Positions 40,987-53,300 of a DNA stretch of 64,000 bases are shown in pieces. Source of the stretch: the human T2T-CHM13v2.0 reference genome, Homo sapiens; the NCBI RefSeq assembly GCF_009914755.1, contig NC_060936.1. The stretch is one strand, 5' to 3'. Positions within the stretch are counted from its first letter, which is position 1. Each line of letters opens with the position of its first letter. The notes beneath the pieces were generated by a model. It was given only the letters and a program-made list of their open reading frames with translations. It searched no databases and was not told the DNA's origin. Made by a program: the position numbers and the translations under genes.

Positions 40987-43900
40987 GCCTCAAAGAGGTC
41001 CAAATATCCACTTGCAGACTTTACAAAGACAGTGTCTCCAAACTCCTCCATCAAAAGAAAGGTTATACTCTGTGAATTGAACGCACACATCACAAAGTAG
41101 TTTCTGAGAATGATTCTGTCTAGTTTTTATACGAAGATATTTCCTTTTCTACATTTGGCCTAAAAGCGCTTGAAATCTCCACCTGCAAATATCACAAAAA
41201 GAGGGTTTCACATCTGCTCTGTCTAAAGGACAGTTCACCTCTGTGAGTTGAATAGAGGCAACACAAAGAACTTACTCAGTATTCTTCTTTCTAGCATTCT
41301 ATGAAGAAATCCCGTTTCCAACGTAGGCCCCAAAGAGGTCCAAATATCTGCTTGCAGACTTTACAAAGACAGTGTCTCCAAACTCCTCCATCAAAAGAAA
41401 GGTTATACTCTGTGAATTGAACGCACACATCACAAAGTAGTTTCTGAGAATGATTCTGTCTAGTTTTTATATGAAGATATTTCCTTTTCTACATTTGGCC
41501 TAAAAGCGCTTGAAATCTCCACCTGCAAATATCACAAAAACAGGGTTTCACATCTGCTCTGTCTAAAGGACAGTTCACCTCTGTGAGTTGAATAGAGGCA
41601 ACACAAAGAACTTACTCAGTATTCTTCTTTCTAACGTTCTATGAAGAAATCCCGTTTCCAACGAAGGCCTCAAAGAGGTCCAAATATCTGCTTGCAGACT
41701 TTACAGACAGAGTGTTTCCAAACTACTCTATGAAAAGAAAGCTTAAACTCCTTGAGTTGAACGCACACATCACAAAGTAGTTTCTGAGAATGATTCTGTC
41801 TAGTTTTTATACGAAGATGTTTCCTTTTCTACATTTGGTCTCAAAGCGATTGAAATCTCCAACTGGAAACTGCACAAATAGGGTGTTTCAAATCTGCTCT
41901 GTCTAAAGGAAGGTTCAACTCTGTGAGTTGAATACACACACCACAAATAAGTTACTGAGAATTCTTCTGTCGAACATTACTTGAAGAAATCCCGTTTCCA
42001 ACGAAGGCCTCAAAGAGGTCCAAATATCCACTTGCAGACTTTACAAAGACAGTGTCTCCAAACTCCTCCATCAAAAGAAAGGTTATACTCTGTGAATTGA
42101 ACGCACACATCACAAAGTAGTTTCTGAGAATGATTCTGTCTAGTTTTTATACGAAGATATTTCCTTTTCTACATTTGGCCTAAAAGCGCTTGAAATCTCC
42201 ACCTGCAAATATCACAAAAAGAGGGTTTCACATCTGCTCTGTCTAAAGGACAGTTCACCTCTGTGAGTTGAATAGAGGCAACACAAAGAACTTACTCAGT
42301 ATTCTTCTTTCTAGCGTTCTAGGAAGAAATCCCGTTTCCAACGAAGACCCCAATGAGGTCCAAATATCTGCTTGCAGACTTTACAGACAGAGTGTTTCCA
42401 AACTACTCTATGAAAAGAAAGCTTAAACTCCTTGAGTTGAACGCACACATCACAAAGTAGTTTCTGAGAATGATGCTGTCTAGTTTTTGTACGAAGATGT
42501 TTCCTTTTCTACATTTGGTCTCAAAGCGATTGAAATCTCCAACTGGAAACTGCACAAATAGGGTGTTTCAAATCTGCTCTGTCTAAAGGAAGGTTCAACT
42601 CTGTGAGTTGAATACACACACCACAAATAAGTTACTGAGAATTCTTCTGTCGAACATTACAGGAAGAAATCCCGTTTCCAACGAAGGCCTCAAAGAGGTC
42701 CAAATATCCACTTGCAGACATTACAAACAGAGTGTTTCCAAACTGCTCCATCAAAAGAAAGGTTAAACTCTGTGAGCTGAACACACACATCAAAAAGAAG
42801 TTTCTGTGAATGATTCTGTCTAGATTTTATAAGAAGATGTTTCCTTTTCTACCGTAGGCCTCAAAGCGCTTGAAATCTCCAGCTGCAAATTCCACAAAAA
42901 GGGTGTTTAACATCTGCTCTTCTAAAGGAAAGTTCAACTCTATGAGTTGAATACACACAGCACAAAGAAGTTACTGAGACTTCTCCTATCAAACATTATA
43001 TGAAGAAATCCCGTTTCCAACGAAGGCCTCAAAGAGGTCCAAATATCTGCTTGCAGACTTTACAGACAGAGTGTTTCCAAACTGCTCCATCAAAAGAAAG
43101 GTTAAACTCCTTGAGTTGAACACACACATCACAAAGTAGTTTCTGTGAATGATTCTGTCTAGTTTTTATACGAAGATGTTTCCTTTTCTACCTTTGGTCT
43201 CAAAGCGATTGAAATCTCCACATGGAAACTCCACAAAAAGAGTGTTTCAAATCTGCTCTTTCTGAAGGAAGGTTCAACTCTGTGAGTTGAATACAGACAC
43301 CACAAATAAGTTACTGAGAATTCTTCTGTGTAACATTATATGAGGAAATCCCGTTTCCAACGAAGGCCTCAAAGAGGTCCAAATATCCACTTGCAGACTT
43401 TACAAAGACAGTGTCTCCAAACTCCTCCATCAAAAGAAAGGTTATACTCTGTGAATTGAACGCACACATCACAAAGTAGTTTCTGAGAATGATTCTGTCT
43501 AGTTTTTATACGAAGATATTTCCTTTTCTACATTTGGCCTAAAAGCGCTTGAAATCTCCACCTGCAAATATCACAAAAAGAGGGTTTCACATCTGCTCTG
43601 TCTAAAGGACAGTTCACCTCTGTGAGTTGAATAGAGGCAACACAAAGAACTTACTCAGTATTCTTCTTTCTAGCGTTCTATGAAGAAATCCCGTTTCCAA
43701 CGAAGGCCCCAAAGAGGTCCAAATATCTGCTTGCAGACTTTACAGACAGAGTGTTTCCAAACTACTCTATGAAAAGAAAGCTTAAACTCCTTGAGTTGAA
43801 CGCACACATCACAAAGTAGTTTCTGAGAATGATTCTGTCTAGTTTTTATACGAAGATGTTTCCTTTTCTACATTTGGTCTCAAAGCGATTGAAATCTCCA

Positions 43901-44384
43901 CCTGGAAACTGCACAAATAGGGTGTATCAAATCTGCTCTGTCTAAAGAAGGTTCAACTCTGTGAGTTGAATACACACACCACAAATAAGTTACTGAGAAT
44001 TCTTCTGTCGAACATTACTTGAAGAAATCCCGTTTCCAACGAAGGCCTCAAAGAGGTCCAAATATCTGCTTGCAGACTTTACAGACAGAGTGTTTCCAAA
44101 CTACTCTATGAAAAGAAAGCTTAAACTCCTTGAGTTGAACGCACACATCACAAAGTAGTTTCTGAGAATGATTCTGTCTAGTTTTTATACGAAGATATTT
44201 CCTTTTCTACATTTGGCCTAAAAGCGCTTGAAATCTCCAAGTGCAAATATCACAAAAAGAGGGTTTCACATCTGCTGTGTCTAAAGGACAGTTCACCTCT
44301 GTGAGTTGAATAGAGGCAACACAAAGAACTTACTCAGTATTCTTCTTTCTAGCGTTCTATGAAGAAATCCCGTTTCCAACGAAG
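40987..44384 (-). repeat. Transition zone of non-canonical HORs (D-D, A-D, A-[A/D hybrid])
   Basis: Dimer order read from diagnostics: D, D, A, D, A, B, C, D, A, A/D hybrid, then A. Confidence 0.88.
42347..43705 (-). repeat. Representative canonical 8-mer HOR unit (A 42347-42686, B 42687-43025, C 43026-43365, D 43366-43705)
   Basis: Diagnostics: A = actactctatgaaaagaaagctt...tcgaacattac; B = gacattacaaac...gagctgaac...cagctgc...cctatcaaac; C = ctacctttgg...acatggaaactcc...gtgtaac; D = aaagacagtgtctcc...ggcctaaaagcg...gaggcaac. Lengths 340+339+340+340=1359. Confidence 0.95.
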
Positions 44385-47300
44385 GCCTCAAAGAGGTCCA
44401 AATATCTGCTTGCAGACTTTACAGACAGAGTGTTTCCAAACTACTCTATGAAAAGAAAGCTTAAACTCCTTGAGTTGAACGCACACAACACAAAGTAGTT
44501 TCTGAGAATGATTCTGTCTAGTTTTTATACGAAGATGTTTCCTTTTCTACATTTGGTCTCAAAGCGATTGAAATCTCCAACTGGAAACTGCACAAATAGG
44601 GTGTTTCAAATCTGCTCTGTCTAAAGGAAGGTTCAACTCTGTGAGTTGAATACACACACCACTAATAAGTTACTGAGAATTCTTCTGTCGAACATTACTT
44701 GAAGAAATACCGTTTCCAAAGAAGGCCTCAAAGAGGTCAAAATATCCACTTGCAGACATTACAAACAGAGTGTTTCAAAACTGCTCCATCAAAAGAAAGG
44801 TTAAACTCTGTGAGCTGAACACACACATCGAAAAGAAGTTTCTGTGAATGATTCTGTCTAGATTTTATAAGAAGATGTTTCCTTTTCTACCGTAGGCCTC
44901 AAAGCGCTTGAAATCTCCAGCTGCAAATTCTACAAAAATGGTGTTTAACATCTGCTCTTCTAAAGGAAAGTTCAACTCTATGCGTTGAATAAACACAGCA
45001 GAAAGAAGTTACTGAGACTTCTCCTATCAAACATTATATGAAGAAATCCCGTTTCCAACGAAGGCCCCAAAGAGGTCCAAATATCTGCTTGCAGACTTTA
45101 CAGACAGAGTTTTTCCAAACAGCTCCATCAAAAGAAAGGTTAAACTCCTTGAGTTGAACACACACATCACAAAGTAGTTTCTGTGAATGATTCTGTCTAG
45201 TTTTTATACGAAGATGTTTCCTTTTCTACCTTTGGTCTCAAAGCGATTGAAATCTCCACATGGAAACTCCACAAAAAGAGTGTTTCAAATCTGCTCTTTC
45301 TGAAGGAAGGTTCAACTCTGTGAGTTGAATACACACACCACAAATAAGTTACTGAGAATTCTTCTGTGTAACATTATATGAGGAAATCCCGTTTCCAACG
45401 AAGGCCTCAAAGAGGTCCAAATATCCACTTGCAGACTTTACAAAGACAGTGTCTCCAAACTCCTCCATCAAAAGAAAGGTTATACTCTGTGAATTGAACG
45501 CACACATCACAAAGTAGTTTCTGAGAATGATTCTGTCTAGTTTTTATACGAAGATATTTCCTTTTCTACATTTGGCCTAAAAGCGCTTGAAATCTCCACC
45601 TGCAAATATCACAAAAAGAGGGTTTCACATCTGCTCTGTCTAAAGGACAGTTCACCTCTGTGAGTTGAATAGAGGCAACACAAAGAACTTACTCAGTATT
45701 CTTCTTTCTAGCGCTCTATGAAGAAATCCCGTTTCCAACGAAGGCCTCAAAGAGGTCCAAATATCTGCTTGCAGACTTCACAGACAGAGTGTTTCCAAAG
45801 TACTCTATGAAAAGAAAGCTTAAACTCCTTGAGTTGAACGCACACATCACAAAGTAGTTTCTGAGAATGATTCTGTCTAGTTTTTATACGAAGATGTTTC
45901 CTTTTCTACATTTGGTCTCAAAGCGATTGAAATCTCCAACTGGAAACTGCACAAATAGGGTGTTTCAAATCTGCTCTTTCTAAAGGAAGGTTCAACTCTG
46001 TGAGTTGAATACACACACCACAAATAAGTTACTGAGAATTCTTCTGTCGAACATTACATGAAGAAATCCCGTTTCCAACGAAGGCCTCAAAGAGGTCCAA
46101 ATATCCACTTGCAGACATTACAAACAGTGTGTTTCCAAACTGCTCCATCAAAAGAAAGGTTAAACTCTGTGAGCTGAACACACCTCAAAAAGTAGTTTCT
46201 GTGAATGATTCTGTCTAGATTTTATAAGAAGATGTTTCCTTTTCTACAGTACGCCACAAAGCGCTTGAAATCTCCAGCTGCAAATTCCACAAAAAGGGTG
46301 TTTAACATCTGCTCTTCTAAAGGAAAGTTCAACTCTATGAGTTAAATAAACACAGCAGAAAGAAGTTACTGAGACTTCTCCTATCAAACATTATATGAAG
46401 AAATCCCGTTTCCAACGAAGGCCTCAAAGAGGTCCAAATATCTGCTTGCAGACTTTACAGACAGAGTTTTTCCAAACTGCTCCATCAAAAGAAAGGTTAA
46501 ACTCCTTGAGTTGAACACACACATCACAAAGTAGTTTCTGTGAATGATTCTGTCTAGTTTTTATACGAAGATGTTTCCTTTTCTACCTTTGGTCTCAATG
46601 CGATTGAAATCTCCACATGGAAACTCCCCAAAAAGAGTGTTTCAAATCTGCTCTTTCTGAAGGAAGGTTCAACTCTGTGAGTTGAATACACACACCACAA
46701 ATAAGTTACTGAGAATTCTTCTGTGTAACATTATATGAGGAAATCCCGTTTCCAACGAAGGCCTCAAAGAGGTCCAAATATCCACTTGCAGACTTTACAA
46801 AGACAGTGTCTCCAAACTCCTCCATCAAAAGAAAGGTTATACTCTGTGAATTGAACGCACACATCACAAAGTAGTTTCTGAGAATGATTCTGTCTAGTTT
46901 TTATACGAAGATATTTCCTTTTCTACATTTGGCCTAAAAGCGCTTGAAATCTCCAAGTGCAAATATCACAAAAAGAGGGTTTCATATCTGCTCTGTCTGA
47001 AGGACAGTTCACCTCTGTGAGTTGAATAGAGGCAACACAAAGAACTTACTCAGTATTCTTCTTTCTAGCGTTCTATGAAGAAATCCCGTTTCCAACGAAG
47101 GCCCCAAAGAGGTCCAAATATCTGCTTGCAGACTTTACAGACAGAGTGTTTCCAAACTACTCTATGAAAAGAAAGCTTAAACTCCTTGAGTTGAACGCAC
47201 ACATCACAAAGTAGTTTCTGAGAATGATGCTGTCTAGTTTTTATACGAAGATGTTTCCTTTTCTACATTTGGTCTCAAAGCGATTGAAATCTCCAACTGG

Positions 47301-50300
47301 AAACTGCACAAATAGGGTGTTTCAAATCTGCTCTGTCTAAAGGAAGGTTCAACTCTGTGAGTTGAATACACACACCACAAATAAGTTACTGAGTATTCTT
47401 CTGTCGAACATTACTTGAAGAAATCCCGTTTCCAACGAAGGCCTCAAAGAGGTCCAAATATCCACTTGCAGACATTACAAACCGAGTGTTTCCAAACTGC
47501 TCCATCAACAGAAAGGTTAAACTCTGTGAGCTGAACACACACATCAAAAAGAAGTTTCTGTGAATGATTCTGTCTAGATTTTATAAAAAGATGTTTCCTT
47601 TTCTACCGTAGGCCACAAAGCGCTTGAAATCTCCAGCTGCAAATTCCACAAAAAGGGTGTTTACATCTGCTCTTCTAAAGGAAAGTTCAACTCTATGCGT
47701 TGAATACACACAGCACAAAGAAGTTACTGAGACTTCTCCTATCAAACATTATATGAAGAAATCCCGTTTCCAACGAAGGCCTCAAAGAGGTCCAAATATC
47801 TGCTTGCAGACTTTACAGACAGAGTTTTTCCAAACTGCTCCATCAAAAGAAAGGTTAAACTCCTTGAGTTGAACACACACATCACAAAGTAGTTTCTGTG
47901 AATGATTCTGTCTAGTTTTTATACGAAGATGTTTCCTTTTCTACCTTTGGTCTCAAAGCGATTGAAATCTCCACATGGAAACTCCACAAAAAGAGTGTTT
48001 CAAATCTGCTCTTTCTGAAGGAAGGTTCAACTCTGTGAGTTGAATACACACACCACAAATAAGTTACTGAGAATTCTTCTGTGTAACATTATATGAGGAA
48101 ATCCCGTTTCCAACGAAGGCCTCAAAGAGGTCCAAATATCCACTTGCAGACTTTACAAAGACAGTGTCTCCAAACTCCTCCATCAAAAGAAAGGTTATAC
48201 TCTGTGAATTGAACGCACACATCACAAAGTAGTTTCTGAGAACGATTCTGTCTAGTTTTCATACGAAGATATTTCCTTTTCTACATTTGGCCTAAAAGCG
48301 CTTGAAATCTCCACCTGCAAATATCACAAAAAGAGGGTTTCACATCTGCTCTGTCTAAAGGACAGTTCACCTCTGTGAGTTGAATAGAGGCAACACAAAG
48401 AACTTACTCAGTATTCTTCTTTCTAGCGTTCTATGAAGAAATCCCGTTTCCAACGAAGGCCTCAAAGAGGTCCAAATATCTGCTTGCAGACATTACAGAC
48501 AGAGTGTTTCCAAACTACTCTATGAAAAGAAAGCTTAAACTCCTTGAGTTGAACGCACACATCACAAAGTAGTTTCTGAGAATGATTCTGTCTAGTTTTT
48601 ATACGAAGATGTTTCCTTTTCTACATTTGGTCTCAAAGCGATTGAAATCTCCAACTGGAAACTGCACAAATAGGGTGTTTCAAATCTACTCTGTCTAAAG
48701 GAAGGTTCAACTCTGTGAGTTGAATACACACACCACAAATAAGTTACTGAGAATTCTTCTGTCGAACATTACAGGAAGAAATCCCGTTTCCAACGAAGGC
48801 CTCAAAGAGGTCCAAATATCCACTTGCAGACATTACAAACAGAGTGTTTCCAAACTGCTCCATCAAAAGAAAGGTTAAACTCTGTGAGCTGAACACACAC
48901 ATCAAAAAGAAGTTTCTGTGAATGATTCTGTCTAGATTTTATAAGAAGATGTTTCCTTTTCTACCGTAGGCCTCAAAGCGCTTGAAATCTCCAGCTGCAA
49001 ATTCCACAAAAAGGGTGTTTAACATCTGCTCTTCTAAAGGAAAGTTCAACTCTATGAGTTGAATACACACAGCACAAAGAAGTTACTGAGACTTCTCCTA
49101 TCAAACATTATATGAAGAAATCCCGTTTCCAACGAAGGCCTCAAAGAGGTCCAAATATCTGCTTGCAGACTTTACAGACAGAGTTTTTCCAAACTGCTCC
49201 ATCAAAAGAAAGGTTAAACTCCTTGAGTTAAACACACACATCACAAAGTAGTTTCTGTGAATGATTCTGTCTAGTTTTTATACGAAGATGTTTCCTTTTC
49301 TACCTTTGGTCTCAAAGCGATTGAAATCTCCACATGGAAACTCCACAAAAAGAGTGTTTCAAATCTGCTCTTTCTGAAGGAAGGTTCAACTCTGTGAGTT
49401 GAATACACACACCACAAATAAGTTACTGAGAATTCTTCTGTGTAACATTATATGAGGAAATCCCGTTTCCAACGAAGGCCTCAAAGAGGTCCAAATATCC
49501 ACTTGCAGACTTTACAAAGACAGTGTCTCCAAACTCCTCCATCAAAAGAAAGGTTATACTCTGTGAATTGAACGCACACATCACAAAGTAGTTTCTGAGA
49601 ATGATTCTGTCTAGTTTTTATACGAAGATATTTCCTTTTCTACATTTGGCCTAAAAGCGCTTGAAATCTCCACCTGCAAATATCACAAAAAGAGGGTTTC
49701 ACATCTGCTCTGTCTAAAGGACAGTTCACCTCTGTGAGTTGAATAGAGGCAACACAAAGAACTTACTCAGTATTCTTCTTTCTAGCGCTCTATGAAGAAA
49801 TCCCGTTTCCAACGAAGGCCTCAAAGAGGTCCAAATATCTGCTTGCAGACTTCAGAGACAGAGTGTTTCCAAAGTACTCTATGAAAAGAAAGCTTAAACT
49901 CCTTGAGTTGAACGCACACATCACAAAGTAGTTTCTGAGAATGATTCTGTCTAGTTTTTATACGAAGATGTTTCCTTTTCTACATTTGGTCTCAAAGCGA
50001 TTGAAATCTCCAACTGGAAACTGCACAAATAGGGTGTTTCAAATCTGCTCTTTCTAAAGGAAGGTTCAACTCTGTGAGTTGAATACACACACCACAAATA
50101 AGTTACTGAGAATTCTTCTGTCGAACATTACATGAAGAAATCCCGTTTCCAACGAAGGCCTCAAAGAGGTCCAAATATCCACTTGCAGACATTACAAACA
50201 GTGTGTTTCCAAACTGCTCCATCAAAAGAAAGGTTAAACTCTGTGAGCTGAACACACATCAAAAAGAAGTTTCTGTGAATGATTCTGTCTAGATTTTATA

Positions 50301-53300
50301 AGAAGATGTTTCCTTTTCTACAGTACGCCACAAAGCGCTTGAAATCTCCAGCTGCAAATTCCACAAAAAGGGTGTTTAACATCTGCTCTTCTAAAGGAAA
50401 GTTCAACTCTATGAGTTAAATAAACACAGCAGAAAGAAGTTACTGAGACTTCTCCTATCAAATATTATATGAAGAAATCCCGTTTCCAACGAAGGCCTCA
50501 AAGAGGTCCAAATATCTGCTTGCAGACTTTACAGACAGAGTTTTTCCAAACTGCTCCATCAAAAGAAAGGTTAAACTCCTTGAGTTGAACACACACATCA
50601 CAAAGTAGTTTCTGTGAATGATTCTGTCTAGTTTTTATACGAAGATGTTTCCTTTTCTACCTTTGGTCTCAATGCGATTGAAATCTCCACATGGAAACTC
50701 CACAAAAAGAGTGTTTCAAATCTGCTCTTTCTGAAGGAAGGTTCAACTCTGTGAGTTGAATACACACACCACAAATAAGTTACTGAGAATTCTTCTGTGT
50801 AACATTATATGAGGAAATCCCGTTTCCAACGAAGGCCTCAAAGAGGTCCAAATATCCACTTGCAGACTTTACAAAGACAGTGTCTCCAAACTCCTCCATC
50901 AAAAGAAAGGTTATACTCTGTGAATTGAACGCACACATCACAAAGTAGTTTCTGAGAATGATTCTGTCTAGTTTTTATACGAAGATATTTCCTTTTCTAC
51001 ATTTGGCCTAAAAGCGCTTGAAATCTCCAAGTGCAAATATCACAAAAAGAGGGTTTCACATCTGCTCTGTCTAAAGGACAGTTCACCTCTGTGAGTTGAA
51101 TAGAGGCAACACAAAGAACTTACTCAGTATTCTTCTTTCTAGCGTTCTATGAAGAAATCCCGTTTCCAACGAAGGCCCCAAAGAGGTCCAAATATCTGCT
51201 TGCAGACTTTACAGACAGAGTGTTTCCAAACTACTCTATGAAAAGAAAGCTTAAACTCCTTGAGTTGAACGCACACATCACAAAGTAGTTTCTGAGAATG
51301 ATGCTGTCTAGTTTTTATACGAAGATGTTTCCTTTTCTACATTTGGTCTCAAAGCGATTGAAATCTCCAACTGGAAACTGCACAAATAGGGTGTTTCAAA
51401 TCTGCTCTGTCTAAAGGAAGGTTCAACTCTGTGAGTTGAATACACACACCACAAATAAGTTACTGAGTATTCTTCTGTCGAACATTACTTGAAGAAATCC
51501 CGTTTCCAACGAAGGCCTCAAAGAGGTCCAAATATCCACTTGCAGACATTACAAACCGAGTGTTTCCAAACTGCTCCATCAACAGAAAGGTTAAACTCTG
51601 TGAGCTGAACACACACATCAAAAAGAAGTTTCTGTGAATGATTCTGTCTAGATTTTATAAAAAGATGTTTCCTTTTCTACCGTAGGCCACAAAGCGCTTG
51701 AAATCTCCAGCTGCAAATTCCACAAAAAGGGTGTTTACATCTGCTCTTCTAAAGGAAAGTTCAACTCTATGCGTTGAATACACACAGCACAAAGAAGTTA
51801 CTGAGACTTCTCCTATCAAACATTATATGAAGAAATCCCGTTTCCAACGAAGGCCTCAAAGAGGTCCAAATATCTGCTTGCAGACTTTACAGACAGAGTT
51901 TTTCCAAACTGCTCCATCAAAAGAAAGGTTAAACTCCTTGAGTTGAACACACACATCACAAAGTAGTTTCTGTGAATGATTCTGTCTAGTTTTTATACGA
52001 AGATGTTTCCTTTTCTACCTTTGGTCTCAAAGCGATTGAAATCTCCACATGGAAACTCCACAAAAAGAGTGTTTCAAATCTGCTCTTTCTGAAGGAAGGT
52101 TCAACTCTGTGAGTTGAATACACACACCACAAATAAGTTACTGAGAATTCTTCTGTGTAACATTATATGAGGAAATCCCGTTTCCAACGAAGGCCTCAAA
52201 GAGGTCCAAATATCCACTTGCAGACTTTACAAAGACAGTGTCTCCAAACTCCTCCATCAAAAGAAAGGTTATACTCTGTGAATTGAACGCACACATCACA
52301 AAGTAGTTTCTGAGAACGATTCTGTCTAGTTTTCATACGAAGATATTTCCTTTTCTACATTTGGCCTAAAAGCGCTTGAAATCTCCACCTGCAAATATCA
52401 CAAAAAGAGGGTTTCACATCTGCTCTGTCTAAAGGACAGTTCACCTCTGTGAGTTGAATAGAGGCAACACAAAGAACTTACTCAGTATTCTTCTTTCTAG
52501 CGTTCTATGAAGAAATCCCGTTTCCAACGAAGGCCTCAAAGAGGTCCAAATATCTGCTTGCAGACATTACAGACAGAGTGTTTCCAAACTACTCTATGAA
52601 AAGAAAGCTTAAACTCCTTGAGTTGAACGCACACATCACAAAGTAGTTTCTGAGAATGATTCTGTCTAGTTTTTATACGAAGATGTTTCCTTTTCTACAT
52701 TTGGTCTCAAAGCGATTGAAATCTCCAACTGGAAACTGCACAAATAGGGTGTTTCAAATCTACTCTGTCTAAAGGAAGGTTCAACTCTGTGAGTTGAATA
52801 CACACACCACAAATAAGTTACTGAGAATTCTTCTGTCGAACATTACAGGAAGAAATCCCGTTTCCAACGAAGGCCTCAAAGAGGTCCAAATATCCACTTG
52901 CAGACATTACAAACAGAGTGTTTCCAAACTGCTCCATCAAAAGAAAGGTTAAACTCTGTGAGCTGAACACACACATCAAAAAGAAGTTTCTGTGAATGAT
53001 TCTGTCTAGATTTTATAAGAAGATGTTTCCTTTTCTACCGTAGGCCTCAAAGCGCTTGAAATCTCCAGCTGCAAATTCCACAAAAAGGGTGTTTAACATC
53101 TGCTCTTCTAAAGGAAAGTTCAACTCTATGAGTTGAATACACACAGCACAAAGAAGTTACTGAGACTTCTCCTATCAAACATTATATGAAGAAATCCCGT
53201 TTCCAACGAAGGCCTCAAAGAGGTCCAAATATCTGCTTGCAGACTTTACAGACAGAGTTTTTCCAAACTGCTCCATCAAAAGAAAGGTTAAACTCCTTGA

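Noticed and set aside
42330-42350. Possible disrupted CENP-B box (acgaagacccc)
   Set aside because: The change lies just outside the 17-bp box, and the essential positions are intact.
47624-47872. 82-aa plus-strand ORF (identical copy at 51698-51946)
   Set aside because: Created by a 1-bp deletion (tttaacatc>tttacatc) plus an atgcg SNV in dimer B. It has a TTG start and is translated alphoid sequence; it is duplicated by the 4074-bp period.
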